A DNA stretch of 64,000 nt from a virus. The position numbers were made by a program, and so were the translations under genes. The stretch lies in IMG/VR virus record IMGVR_UViG_3300047322_000252, positions 1-64,000 of that record; one strand, given 5' to 3'. The notes under the pieces were generated by a model. The model worked only from the letters and a program-made list of their open reading frames with translations. It ran no database searches and was not told the DNA's origin. The number at the start of each line of letters is the position of its first letter. Position 1 is the first letter of the stretch. Below are positions 56,695-64,000 of this stretch, piece by piece.

Positions 56695-56978
56695 TGATCA
56701 CCGCTGCCTCCCGCTACACCCAGGGCGAGGCCTTGTGGGTCACCACCAAGGACCCTGACGTGGGCCGGGGCAACAAGCTCACGGTGTTCCTCAACACCGT
56801 CACCTACCTCACCAGCCCCTACTCCGTGGCGCTGGTGAAGGAGACGGACGACATGAGCCTGTTCGCTTTCACCGCCTACGCCGACCCTCGGCGGTGGTGG
56901 GTGATCGCTGATGCCAACCCGCAGGTGTTCCACCCTTGGGACGCCCGCCCTGGCCAGTCCGTGCGGGTGCCGTCGTGA
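56694..56978 (+). CDS. LysM-like baseplate protein (gp53/tail X)
   Basis: YADPRRWWVIADANP...PGQSVRVP. Confidence 0.85.
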   Translation: MITAASRYTQGEALWVTTKDPDVGRGNKLTVFLNTVTYLTSPYSVALVKETDDMSLFAFTAYADPRRWWVIADANPQVFHPWDARPGQSVRVPS

Positions 56979-58192
56979 CTACCTCCCCCTCGCTGGTCCA
57001 GCCTGCTCGCAGCCCGACCACCGTCATCGGGGACATCCGGGTGAACGAGCGTTCCATCCTGGTCACTCCCACGCACGGCACGCTCACCCGCAAGGAGGAT
57101 GAGCACGACACCGCCAGCATCTTCGTGGTCACCGGCACTCGTGCCACGGACTTCGATCAGCTACCGAACCAGCGCATCGAGTTCGCCTACGGCACTCCCG
57201 GCAACAAGAGCACCTTCCAGGGTTATGTCAACAGCGTGATGCCGCAGAAGCGGTTGGTGGGTAACCAGACTGTCACCGTGCAGGAGATCTTCTGCTACGG
57301 GGCCTCGATGGTGTTGAAGGGCAACGTCCCCCGCTTCTTCACGTCATTGACATTGACGCAGATGATGCAGCGCATCGTGAGCGAGGCCAACCTGGGCTTC
57401 TCCGACGAGTTCCGCAACGACACGATGGTGTGGCGCTCTCTGGCCCAGACCTCGGAGTCGGACTGGGAGATGTTGCTGGCCATGGCGAACCGCCTGGCTG
57501 CTCGCATCCTCTACGACCAGGGTGTCGTGCGCCTCATCGACTACCGGGACATCGCCTACCGCATGCTCCCGGTGCGCAAGCTCCTGAGCGGGAGCATGGA
57601 CCCGGACTTCTCGGCCTCCGAGACGGGCAACTTCGGGTCGGGCGCCGTGGTCGAGTACGTGCCCATCAGCGTCGGTGTCCAGGACCCGGCCTACCGCACG
57701 CCCACCACCGCCTACCTGGCCGGGAAGTCGGCCGTGGTGCTGACCCCGCCGCTGGCCAGGCTCACGGCTCAGCCCTCGGTCATGAAGAACACCTGGGGGT
57801 CGGCACTGGTGGGCCGCTTCGCCACCGACATGCCTGCGTCATCACAACAAGAGGCCGAGATCATCCAGCAGGGCTTCTACAACCCACCGTGGCCCCAGCA
57901 GGCCGAGGTTCGCATCGAGGGGGACGCCACCGCCTCTCCTGGCACCGTGGTGCAGATCTCCTCGAAGCGGGGGCAAACCATGTCCCCGACCTACGACGGT
58001 CTGTGGTACGTCAGTGGGGTGCAGCACGACATCGGCCTCAACAAGCGCTTCTACACCGTGCTGACCGTGGGTCGGCAGGCTGAGCGGGGCATGAACTGGT
58101 ATCAGTACCGGCCGTTCTGGCTGAGTGACAAGCGTGGCCCGCCCACTCTGCGCTCGTCGGGCGCTGGACAGTGGATCTCGAACTGGAGGTGA
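56975..58192 (+). CDS. Baseplate hub protein (gp27/gpD-like)
   Basis: FQGYV, Q..ESDW..L..MA, G.WYV..V.H. Confidence 0.85.
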   Translation: MTTSPSLVQPARSPTTVIGDIRVNERSILVTPTHGTLTRKEDEHDTASIFVVTGTRATDFDQLPNQRIEFAYGTPGNKSTFQGYVNSVMPQKRLVGNQTVTVQEIFCYGASMVLKGNVPRFFTSLTLTQMMQRIVSEANLGFSDEFRNDTMVWRSLAQTSESDWEMLLAMANRLAARILYDQGVVRLIDYRDIAYRMLPVRKLLSGSMDPDFSASETGNFGSGAVVEYVPISVGVQDPAYRTPTTAYLAGKSAVVLTPPLARLTAQPSVMKNTWGSALVGRFATDMPASSQQEAEIIQQGFYNPPWPQQAEVRIEGDATASPGTVVQISSKRGQTMSPTYDGLWYVSGVQHDIGLNKRFYTVLTVGRQAERGMNWYQYRPFWLSDKRGPPTLRSSGAGQWISNWR

Positions 58193-58193
58193 C

Positions 58194-58586
58194 ATGCAGG
58201 CGCTCAGATTCCCCTTCCAGATCGACATCTACGGGCACGTCTCTGTTGTAACAACGTACCCGGAGGTCATCCGTGGGCAGTTGATCGACGTGCTGATGAC
58301 CAACGAGAACGAGCGGGTCATGCACCCCACCTACGGCGCCAACATGGAAGCGGCCCTCTTCGATCCCACTGACGTGTTGGTGCAGGCTGATGCAGCCCAG
58401 CAAGTGTCTGAGCGGATCACCACCTTCGCTCCCCGGGTGAACCTGCGGGACGTCAGGTTCTCTGCGGACCCTCTCCAGCCAGGCAGGCTCTTCGTGGACG
58501 TCAGTTACTCGGCCGGGGCCTTCGATGAGGCTCGCTCTCTGCGCATCCCGGTCGCCAACTTCCTGAGCGAGGAGTCCTCGGTATGA
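58194..58586 (+). CDS. Baseplate wedge protein gp25/gpW
   Basis: L.T...ERVMHPTYG. Confidence 0.9.
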   Translation: MQALRFPFQIDIYGHVSVVTTYPEVIRGQLIDVLMTNENERVMHPTYGANMEAALFDPTDVLVQADAAQQVSERITTFAPRVNLRDVRFSADPLQPGRLFVDVSYSAGAFDEARSLRIPVANFLSEESSV

Positions 58587-60076
58587 CCGCACCCATCGAG
58601 ATGGACTACACGAACAGGGACTACGACTCTCTCGTCTCCTTCCTGGTGAGCGCCGCCCGGGGGTTCATGCCCGAGTGGGTCACCGTGGGCGAGACAACCG
58701 ACTTCGGAACTTTGTTGTTAGAACTGTTTGCTTACGTCGGAGACGTGACCAACTACTACATCGACCGGGTCGCTGCCGAGCCGTTCCTGGCCACTGCCCA
58801 GCGTCGTCAGAGCGTCCTCGGCATAGCCGACATGCTGGGGTACACCCCCATCGCCCAGCAGGCTGCCTCGGGCATCGTCACCTTCACCCTGGACGACACC
58901 GCCTACCTGAACAGCACCACCACCATCCCGTCAGGGACCGTGGTGCAGACGGGCCAGAGCGAGGGCCAGGGGGCCGTCTTCTTCGAGACGACCACCAACG
59001 CCTACCTGGGCCAGTCGGTGCGCACCGCTGACATCGGTGTGAACGAGGGCCGCACCATCGCCACCGAGTACGTGGCGATCTCCAACGGCGCCCCCATGCA
59101 GGAGTACGTGCTGATGAACGCCGGGGTGATCCACCGCAGCACCCGGCTTTACGTGCAGGAGACGGACACCTCCGTCATCGAGTGGAGCTACGTGGACAAC
59201 CTGGTGGTGGCCGACCCCGACGCCTCGGTGTGGACCACCTACCTGGACGACCAGCAGTTCCTGCACATCGTCTTCGGAGACAACGTGGCCGGGCGCATCC
59301 CGCCCAACGGCGCTCAGGTCACCTGCTCCTACCGCTACGGCGCCGGGGCACGAGGCAACGTGGCCGGGGGCACCATCACCCAGATCACACCACCGATCGC
59401 TGGCGTGAGCGTGGTCAACGCCGCCGACAGCCCCTGCAACGGCGGCGCTGACAACGAGTCGATCGACCAGATGCGCTACTCGATCCCCCGAGCGGCCAAG
59501 CTCCGGGACCGGGCCATCACCCTCCAGGACTTCGCAGACCTGGCCCACCAGGTACCCGGTGTGGCAAAGGCCACAGCAACGGGCCAGTTCTACACGAACA
59601 TCAAGGTGTACATCGCCCCGGTGGGCGGGGGCTACCCCTCGGTTGACCTGCGGGCAGCGGTGGACACCTACCTCACCGAGCGGGCCTTGGTGGGCACCGC
59701 TGTCGATGTCCACCCGCTGAGCACTTCCGAGCAGTTGTATCAACAGATCCACCTGGCGCTCGACGTCCACGTCCGCAAGGAGTTCGGCCAGTTGACCGTG
59801 GCCAATGGCGTGCGGGACGCCATGACCGCCCTCTTCGCCTTCGACTCCTCGGACTTCGGCAAGTTCTACTCCCAGGGCGACGTGTACCACGCTGCGCTGG
59901 CCGTCACCGGGGTGGACTACATCGTCTTGAAGGCCATGCAGTTCTACGCCGCCGACAACAGCACCCTTGTGGCTCCCGCCATCGGTGACCTCACGGCCAG
60001 CCCGATCCTCATCCCGCTGCTCGACACCACCGACACGATCAAGTTCGTGCTCACCCCCATCGGGGGCCTGACGTGA
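58583..60076 (+). CDS. Baseplate J/gp6-like protein
   Basis: DYTNRDYDS, FGD...GRIP, RAITLQDF. Confidence 0.93.
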   Translation: MTAPIEMDYTNRDYDSLVSFLVSAARGFMPEWVTVGETTDFGTLLLELFAYVGDVTNYYIDRVAAEPFLATAQRRQSVLGIADMLGYTPIAQQAASGIVTFTLDDTAYLNSTTTIPSGTVVQTGQSEGQGAVFFETTTNAYLGQSVRTADIGVNEGRTIATEYVAISNGAPMQEYVLMNAGVIHRSTRLYVQETDTSVIEWSYVDNLVVADPDASVWTTYLDDQQFLHIVFGDNVAGRIPPNGAQVTCSYRYGAGARGNVAGGTITQITPPIAGVSVVNAADSPCNGGADNESIDQMRYSIPRAAKLRDRAITLQDFADLAHQVPGVAKATATGQFYTNIKVYIAPVGGGYPSVDLRAAVDTYLTERALVGTAVDVHPLSTSEQLYQQIHLALDVHVRKEFGQLTVANGVRDAMTALFAFDSSDFGKFYSQGDVYHAALAVTGVDYIVLKAMQFYAADNSTLVAPAIGDLTASPILIPLLDTTDTIKFVLTPIGGLT

Positions 60077-61656
60077 CGGACTTCCGCCCCTTCACCATCC
60101 GGCGCACCATCGGCGGCGACGTCGTCCGCTCGACCGCTGGATGGCACGGAGCGCTGCGGTACGGCCCCGTCCAGGTCCCGTTCGACATCGTGGACGGGAC
60201 CACTCTCGACGGCATGCCCATCGGGTATGACACTGGCCTCGTCACGGTGCGGATTCCCCCCACCGTGCCGTGGGTTGAGGCGGTACTGGTGCGGGGTGCC
60301 TTCGGGCCTCCCACCACACCGCTGGACGGGGTGCCGGTCTGGTACGAGGAGGGCCACGATCCTCACGACCCGGACCAGTTCAGCCAGATGGTCATGGACA
60401 CGCCGCTCACCGGGGGCTACTGGTATTACTACACGCTCTTCCTGTACTTCGGCTCGCCCCCCACCTGGCTGGCTGCGGCCACCGTGGCGCTGCTGGTGCC
60501 CCGCAACTACGGCACCGCCGAGAAGCTGTTCAGCCTGATCCCGCAGTTCTACCAGTCCACCGACGATCAGCAGGCGGCTGACGGGCGCAACGGACCGCTG
60601 CGGAAGTTCACGGCCATCCTGGGTTATGACAACGACTACGAGCGCACGCTCCTCGACGGCGTGCTCAACGTCTACGACCCGGACCGGGCGCCCTTGAAGT
60701 TCGTCCAGCTACTGGGCACCAACCTGGGCCTTCCCATCGAGCAGGCCCTCGGCGGCGCTCGCTACCGCACCCTGGTGGGTGGCCTCACCCAGCTAGAGGA
60801 CCTGCGGGGTACCTCCATCGGCCTGGAGGCGTTCATCTACGCCGCCAGCAACTACCGCTGTGATGTGACAACGGGAGGAAACTCCCTGCTCACGCCGGAC
60901 GACGCCGAGTTCGTGAATGGAGTGGGGCACTGGCAGAAGTTCCTCAACTCTGCTATCACAACATTCCAGAACGCCATCTCCCACGCCACGCCTGCGGTGC
61001 CTGGGGACCAGTGGGCCAACCTGGTCCTGCGCAAGTACACCGGCAACGCCAGCCCGCCCATCCCTCCGGTGCCCAGCGCCGGGCAGGGGATCATGGAGAT
61101 CATCGATCTGGCGACCACGCACCTCTACACCGACTTCGTCATCGTCTGTGGCCTCAGCCCGACCGGATCTACTGGGGGCCTGCCGGACGCCATCCAGTTC
61201 GGCATCCCGGTGCGAGGCGGGGAACTGTGGGAGTTCAGCTTCAACATGGTCAAGCCCACCGCTGGCCCGACTGCTCAGGTGGTCGCCTCGTGGGTCGCCT
61301 ACGACACCAACGGCGTCTTGAAGGGCGTCTACCAGGACGCCACAACCTACGCCCCCAACGGCTACCTGTCCGACACCGGGGCCTGGACCAAGTACCGGAT
61401 GCAGCACATCATCGCCTCGGGCGGCGACGGCCTCGTCACCGACCCAGCGGGCGGCATCTGCGGCTACATCATCCCCTGCATCTGGTGGCATGCACCGACA
61501 GCCATGACTGCCCGGTACATCATGGGGGCCATGCTGACCAGCATCAAGGGCGTGGGTGGGGCCATCGTGCCGCTGCCGCCTGACGTGTACCTGACCCTCG
61601 GGTCCACCAAGCTGCTCAATAGCCCACAATCGATACTGGGGCCAGATCCGGCATGA
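60073..61656 (+). CDS. Baseplate wedge / tail protein I-like
   Basis: L...IP.FY..D...L.KF...RGT..GLE. Confidence 0.75.
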   Translation: MTDFRPFTIRRTIGGDVVRSTAGWHGALRYGPVQVPFDIVDGTTLDGMPIGYDTGLVTVRIPPTVPWVEAVLVRGAFGPPTTPLDGVPVWYEEGHDPHDPDQFSQMVMDTPLTGGYWYYYTLFLYFGSPPTWLAAATVALLVPRNYGTAEKLFSLIPQFYQSTDDQQAADGRNGPLRKFTAILGYDNDYERTLLDGVLNVYDPDRAPLKFVQLLGTNLGLPIEQALGGARYRTLVGGLTQLEDLRGTSIGLEAFIYAASNYRCDVTTGGNSLLTPDDAEFVNGVGHWQKFLNSAITTFQNAISHATPAVPGDQWANLVLRKYTGNASPPIPPVPSAGQGIMEIIDLATTHLYTDFVIVCGLSPTGSTGGLPDAIQFGIPVRGGELWEFSFNMVKPTAGPTAQVVASWVAYDTNGVLKGVYQDATTYAPNGYLSDTGAWTKYRMQHIIASGGDGLVTDPAGGICGYIIPCIWWHAPTAMTARYIMGAMLTSIKGVGGAIVPLPPDVYLTLGSTKLLNSPQSILGPDPA

Positions 61657-62885
61657 CCACCTACGTGAACCAGCATCTGTTGTCACATCTGGCGGACGGC
61701 TCGCTCAACTTCAACGGGACAAACCTAGGTTTAGCCTTGGTTTACAGCTACGCCGTGCCGACTGACACCAGCCCCGACTCCTTCGACCAACTGCTGCTGT
61801 CGGGTGGCTTCCAGGAGCTTGACGCCGCCACCGGCTATACCCGCATCACTCGGACCGCCAACACCCAGGTGACGGCGCCGCTCACCAAGGTGGCGATCGG
61901 GGCCGACTACGCATTGACACTGACGAAGCCCACCTTCGTGGCTGCTGGTGTCTGGTACCTGGCGGGCAGCCAGGCGGGATTCACCAACCCCTGGCTCTTC
62001 GTCACCGACAGCATGTTCGGCAATGTTGTGTCACCAGGGGCCATCGTCGGCATCGCCGCCACCCCTAAGGTGCTGTTCTCCTACGTGACGCATGGGACCA
62101 CAGCGGACGTAGCCGGGGGCACGGTGGTGCAGTCTCCTGGCCCCACCACGTGGGAGTCGGCCCGCATCCAGCACGTCTACCTCTATCCGCAGCGGGTCAA
62201 CTTGATTCCGAACCCGAGCTACGAAGATGTCGGCGGCTTCGGGTGGCGCTCAGATGCTGCCATCGCCAGGGTTCTGGGTGGTGTGGACAAGCCTGCGTCC
62301 AACTACTTCGGCCGGGCGGCGGGCAAGGTGGTGCAGTCTCTCTCCATCCCGACCCAGGGCCGCATGCGGTTCTCGGCCTACGTGCGCAAGGGCACCGGCA
62401 CCAAGATCACCCTGAGTCTCGTGTGTCTGGACGAGACATACAGCGTGCTCACCACCGTCCAGGGGCATCAGCGGACGTTGTACAGCGACTGGGCACGGTA
62501 TGACGACCTCCTGGCGCCCTCCGACGACTGTGTGGCCGTGATCCCCCAGATCATCTCGGACGGGTCCTTCGACTTCGACCTGTGCCTGCTGGAGGCCACC
62601 GACCCCCTCCACGACTACTTCGCCGGGGACTCCGACACCGGGGCGCCCTACGACTTCTCGTGGCAGGGCCAGGCCCACCAGTCCTACTCTTGTTATTACA
62701 ACAACCGCCATGTGACGGCAGCACGCCTGTTCGGGGGCTATTTCAACGGCCAGATGACCTTGCCTGGCCTCGTGCAGGACTGGATTCCCACTGGCACGGC
62801 AGTGTACACCCACTGGGATGTGCTGAGTATGACGGATACTGGGCACCCCTTGAAGGACTGGTCACCCAAGATCTTCGTGCCGTAG
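61653..62885 (+). CDS. Tail/baseplate protein with carbohydrate-binding-like module
   Basis: RVNLIPNPSYE, YFAGD, W.G..H.S motifs. Confidence 0.7.
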   Translation: MTTYVNQHLLSHLADGSLNFNGTNLGLALVYSYAVPTDTSPDSFDQLLLSGGFQELDAATGYTRITRTANTQVTAPLTKVAIGADYALTLTKPTFVAAGVWYLAGSQAGFTNPWLFVTDSMFGNVVSPGAIVGIAATPKVLFSYVTHGTTADVAGGTVVQSPGPTTWESARIQHVYLYPQRVNLIPNPSYEDVGGFGWRSDAAIARVLGGVDKPASNYFGRAAGKVVQSLSIPTQGRMRFSAYVRKGTGTKITLSLVCLDETYSVLTTVQGHQRTLYSDWARYDDLLAPSDDCVAVIPQIISDGSFDFDLCLLEATDPLHDYFAGDSDTGAPYDFSWQGQAHQSYSCYYNNRHVTAARLFGGYFNGQMTLPGLVQDWIPTGTAVYTHWDVLSMTDTGHPLKDWSPKIFVP

Positions 62886-62895
62886 GGTTCCGAAC

Positions 62896-63153
62896 ATGGT
62901 GTTCGTCCTGGTGGGGCTAGGTGTGTTCATGGTTGTACGGGTCGCCACCGAGGGCATCACCGCTCCTGCCTGGTTCTACATGGCCCTGTCGATCGCCCTG
63001 GCCTGCGGTGGACTGGCTCTCACCAGCGAAAGTCCCTGGTGGGGACCGGCCGTGGCCGGGATCGCCTTCGGGTTCTACCGAGGCGACCAGGTGATCGTGG
63101 CCCTGCGGGACTGGATTAGAGTCCGTGTTCTTCGGGGTCCGTCCCGAAGGTAA
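62896..63153 (+). CDS. Small membrane protein (holin-like)
   Basis: Three hydrophobic segments and a basic tail, at the end of the tail module. Confidence 0.5.
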   Translation: MVFVLVGLGVFMVVRVATEGITAPAWFYMALSIALACGGLALTSESPWWGPAVAGIAFGFYRGDQVIVALRDWIRVRVLRGPSRR

Positions 63154-63184
63154 CTGGGCTTCTACCTGCACGAATGGAGAGCAC

Positions 63185-64000
63185 ATGCTCTATGCCATTG
63201 CCGGAAACGGCGTAGGCCCCAACGCCGAGATCACCAAGGCTCTCGCAGATCTCAAAGCGAAGGCCACGGCTGACGGGGTTGACTTCTGGCTCCTGCTGGA
63301 AGCGAAGGACGAACCCACCAAGGCTGACACCGTCATCTATGAGTGGGCCAACAAGACCGAGACGTGGTTCGAGACGATCACGGCCACTGACGCTGCCGTC
63401 GAGGGCGCTCAGACGGCTGAGCAGAACGAAGACCCTCACGGACGGATGTTGGAGCGCATCCTGGAGATCCGTGGGGCCGCTGAACCGGAGGACGGCTCCG
63501 TCCTGGTTCTTCTTCCCCCCGATGACGCCGACGACGATGAGCCGCTGATGGCCCTCATCGAGAACGCCATCGACTCCGACGTCGAGGTCTTCCAGTTGAA
63601 CGGGGCCATGAGCAAGCTGAGCCTCGGGGAGGCCGAGGAGGAAGGGGATGCCGAACCAGTGGCTGCTGAGCCGGTGAAAGGTGCCACCAAGAAGGCAGGG
63701 GCGGCGAAGAAGGCGGCGGCTCCTGCTGCTGCCCCCACCAAGAAGGCAGCCGCCAAGAGGGCTGCGGCCCCCACCGCCGAAGATGTCGTAGCTGCGGTCG
63801 AGGAGCTACCTGAGGCTGTTGTGTACACAGAGGACGAACTGAAAAAAATGGGCGTCCCCGAACTCACCGGCATCGCACGAGGTCAGGGCATAGATACGAA
63901 GGGCCTCGGCAAGCGGGACCTGATCACGGCCATCATGAACCTCACCGAGGGCGAGCCGGAGGCCGTCGCTGCTGTTGTGTCAGCAGTCATGACCAATGGC
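63185..64000 (+). CDS. Acidic protein with Lys/Ala linker and Rho-N/HeH-like domain (truncated by window edge)
   Basis: GGAGAG RBS; open to the end; ELKKMGVPELTGIARGQGI...KRDLITAI. Confidence 0.75.
   Translation, partial: MLYAIAGNGVGPNAEITKALADLKAKATADGVDFWLLLEAKDEPTKADTVIYEWANKTETWFETITATDAAVEGAQTAEQNEDPHGRMLERILEIRGAAEPEDGSVLVLLPPDDADDDEPLMALIENAIDSDVEVFQLNGAMSKLSLGEAEEEGDAEPVAAEPVKGATKKAGAAKKAAAPAAAPTKKAAAKRAAAPTAEDVVAAVEELPEAVVYTEDELKKMGVPELTGIARGQGIDTKGLGKRDLITAIMNLTEGEPEAVAAVVSAVMTNG

Larger units (their letters stand above)
1062..61924. repeat. Dispersed motif A, CAYTGACAYTGAC(A), about 21 copies
   Basis: + strand: 1062, 1974, 3671, 6972, 11137, 13150, 15075, 17832, 30034, 40978, 45353, 57345, 61912; - strand: 6188, 16166 (partial), 18871, 19570, 24338, 29640, 41148, 45482 (partial). 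Confidence 0.9.
1114..62702. repeat. Dispersed palindromic motif B, GTTVTNASAAC, at least 24 near-perfect copies
   Basis: 1114, 1949, 3273, 3296, 4476, 4781, 5562, 6994, 7069, 7874, 7920, 9506, 11455, 11516, 13166, 28067, 33113, 38947, 44372, 53095, 58245, 58714, 60623, 62692, plus many degenerate sites. Confidence 0.88.
1..64000. mobile_element. Segment of a large actinobacterial myovirus (Caudoviricetes) genome
   Basis: Terminase, portal, scaffold, capsid, sheath, tube, tape measure and baseplate in canonical order; dense small overlapping ORFs; WhiB genes; no host genes or integrase seen. Confidence 0.96.

Noticed and set aside
49223-60076. Stand-alone extracellular contractile injection system or tailocin
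   Set aside because: The tail genes are contiguous with terminase, portal, scaffold and capsid genes, so this is a complete phage morphogenesis module
1062-61924. Motif A or B as a CRISPR array
   Set aside because: Copies are 11-15 bp, irregularly dispersed over kilobases on both strands and often inside genes; no regular spacers and no cas genes
1062-61924. Motif A as ordinary sigma70 -35 boxes because it contains TTGACA
   Set aside because: At the sites checked (e.g. 3674, 40981) there is no good -10 about 17 bp downstream, and at 1974 and 24338 the motif lies downstream of the -10
28598-62895. GTTCCGAAC as a LexA/SOS box
   Set aside because: The actinobacterial LexA box is CGAAC-N4-GTTCG, with the opposite half-site order and different spacing
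1-64000. Integrated prophage or stop-codon reassignment
   Set aside because: No integrase, att site or host genes in the window; genes tile cleanly in the standard code and all three stop codons are used

Overview
The whole window is part of a large, high-GC tailed phage genome: a myovirus with a contractile tail and an Actinomycetota host (two WhiB genes, leaderless promoters, an LPXTG protein; Acidimicrobiia is only a guess). No integrase, DNA polymerase or host housekeeping genes are visible, and the genome continues past both edges. Layout: 1-11.1 kb, + strand early/accessory genes behind a repeated three-part promoter, ending in a SNF2 helicase; 11.1-11.7 kb, a palindrome-rich non-coding control region; 11.7-17.8 kb, small + strand genes (RHH, HTH, WhiB, an Acb2/Tad1-like protein, secreted proteins); 17.9-26.5 kb, small - strand genes; 26.5-32 kb, + strand genes and two tRNAs; 32.2-63 kb, terminase, portal, scaffold, capsid, fibres, neck, sheath, tube, tape measure and baseplate. 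The most unusual signals are non-coding. (1) Four candidate structured RNAs: two are tRNA-like without a normal anticodon arm, one ends in a stem plus ACCA, and one of about 250 nt carries raiA-motif-like words. (2) Two DNA motifs dispersed across the window, CAYTGACAYTGAC(A) (about 21 copies) and palindromic GTTVTNASAAC (at least 24 copies), written even into coding sequence. (3) A fixed-spacing early promoter that contains the second motif. (4) Apparently strong avoidance of CGCG and several 6-bp palindromes. All family assignments come from motif recognition by eye, not database searches, and counts are manual.
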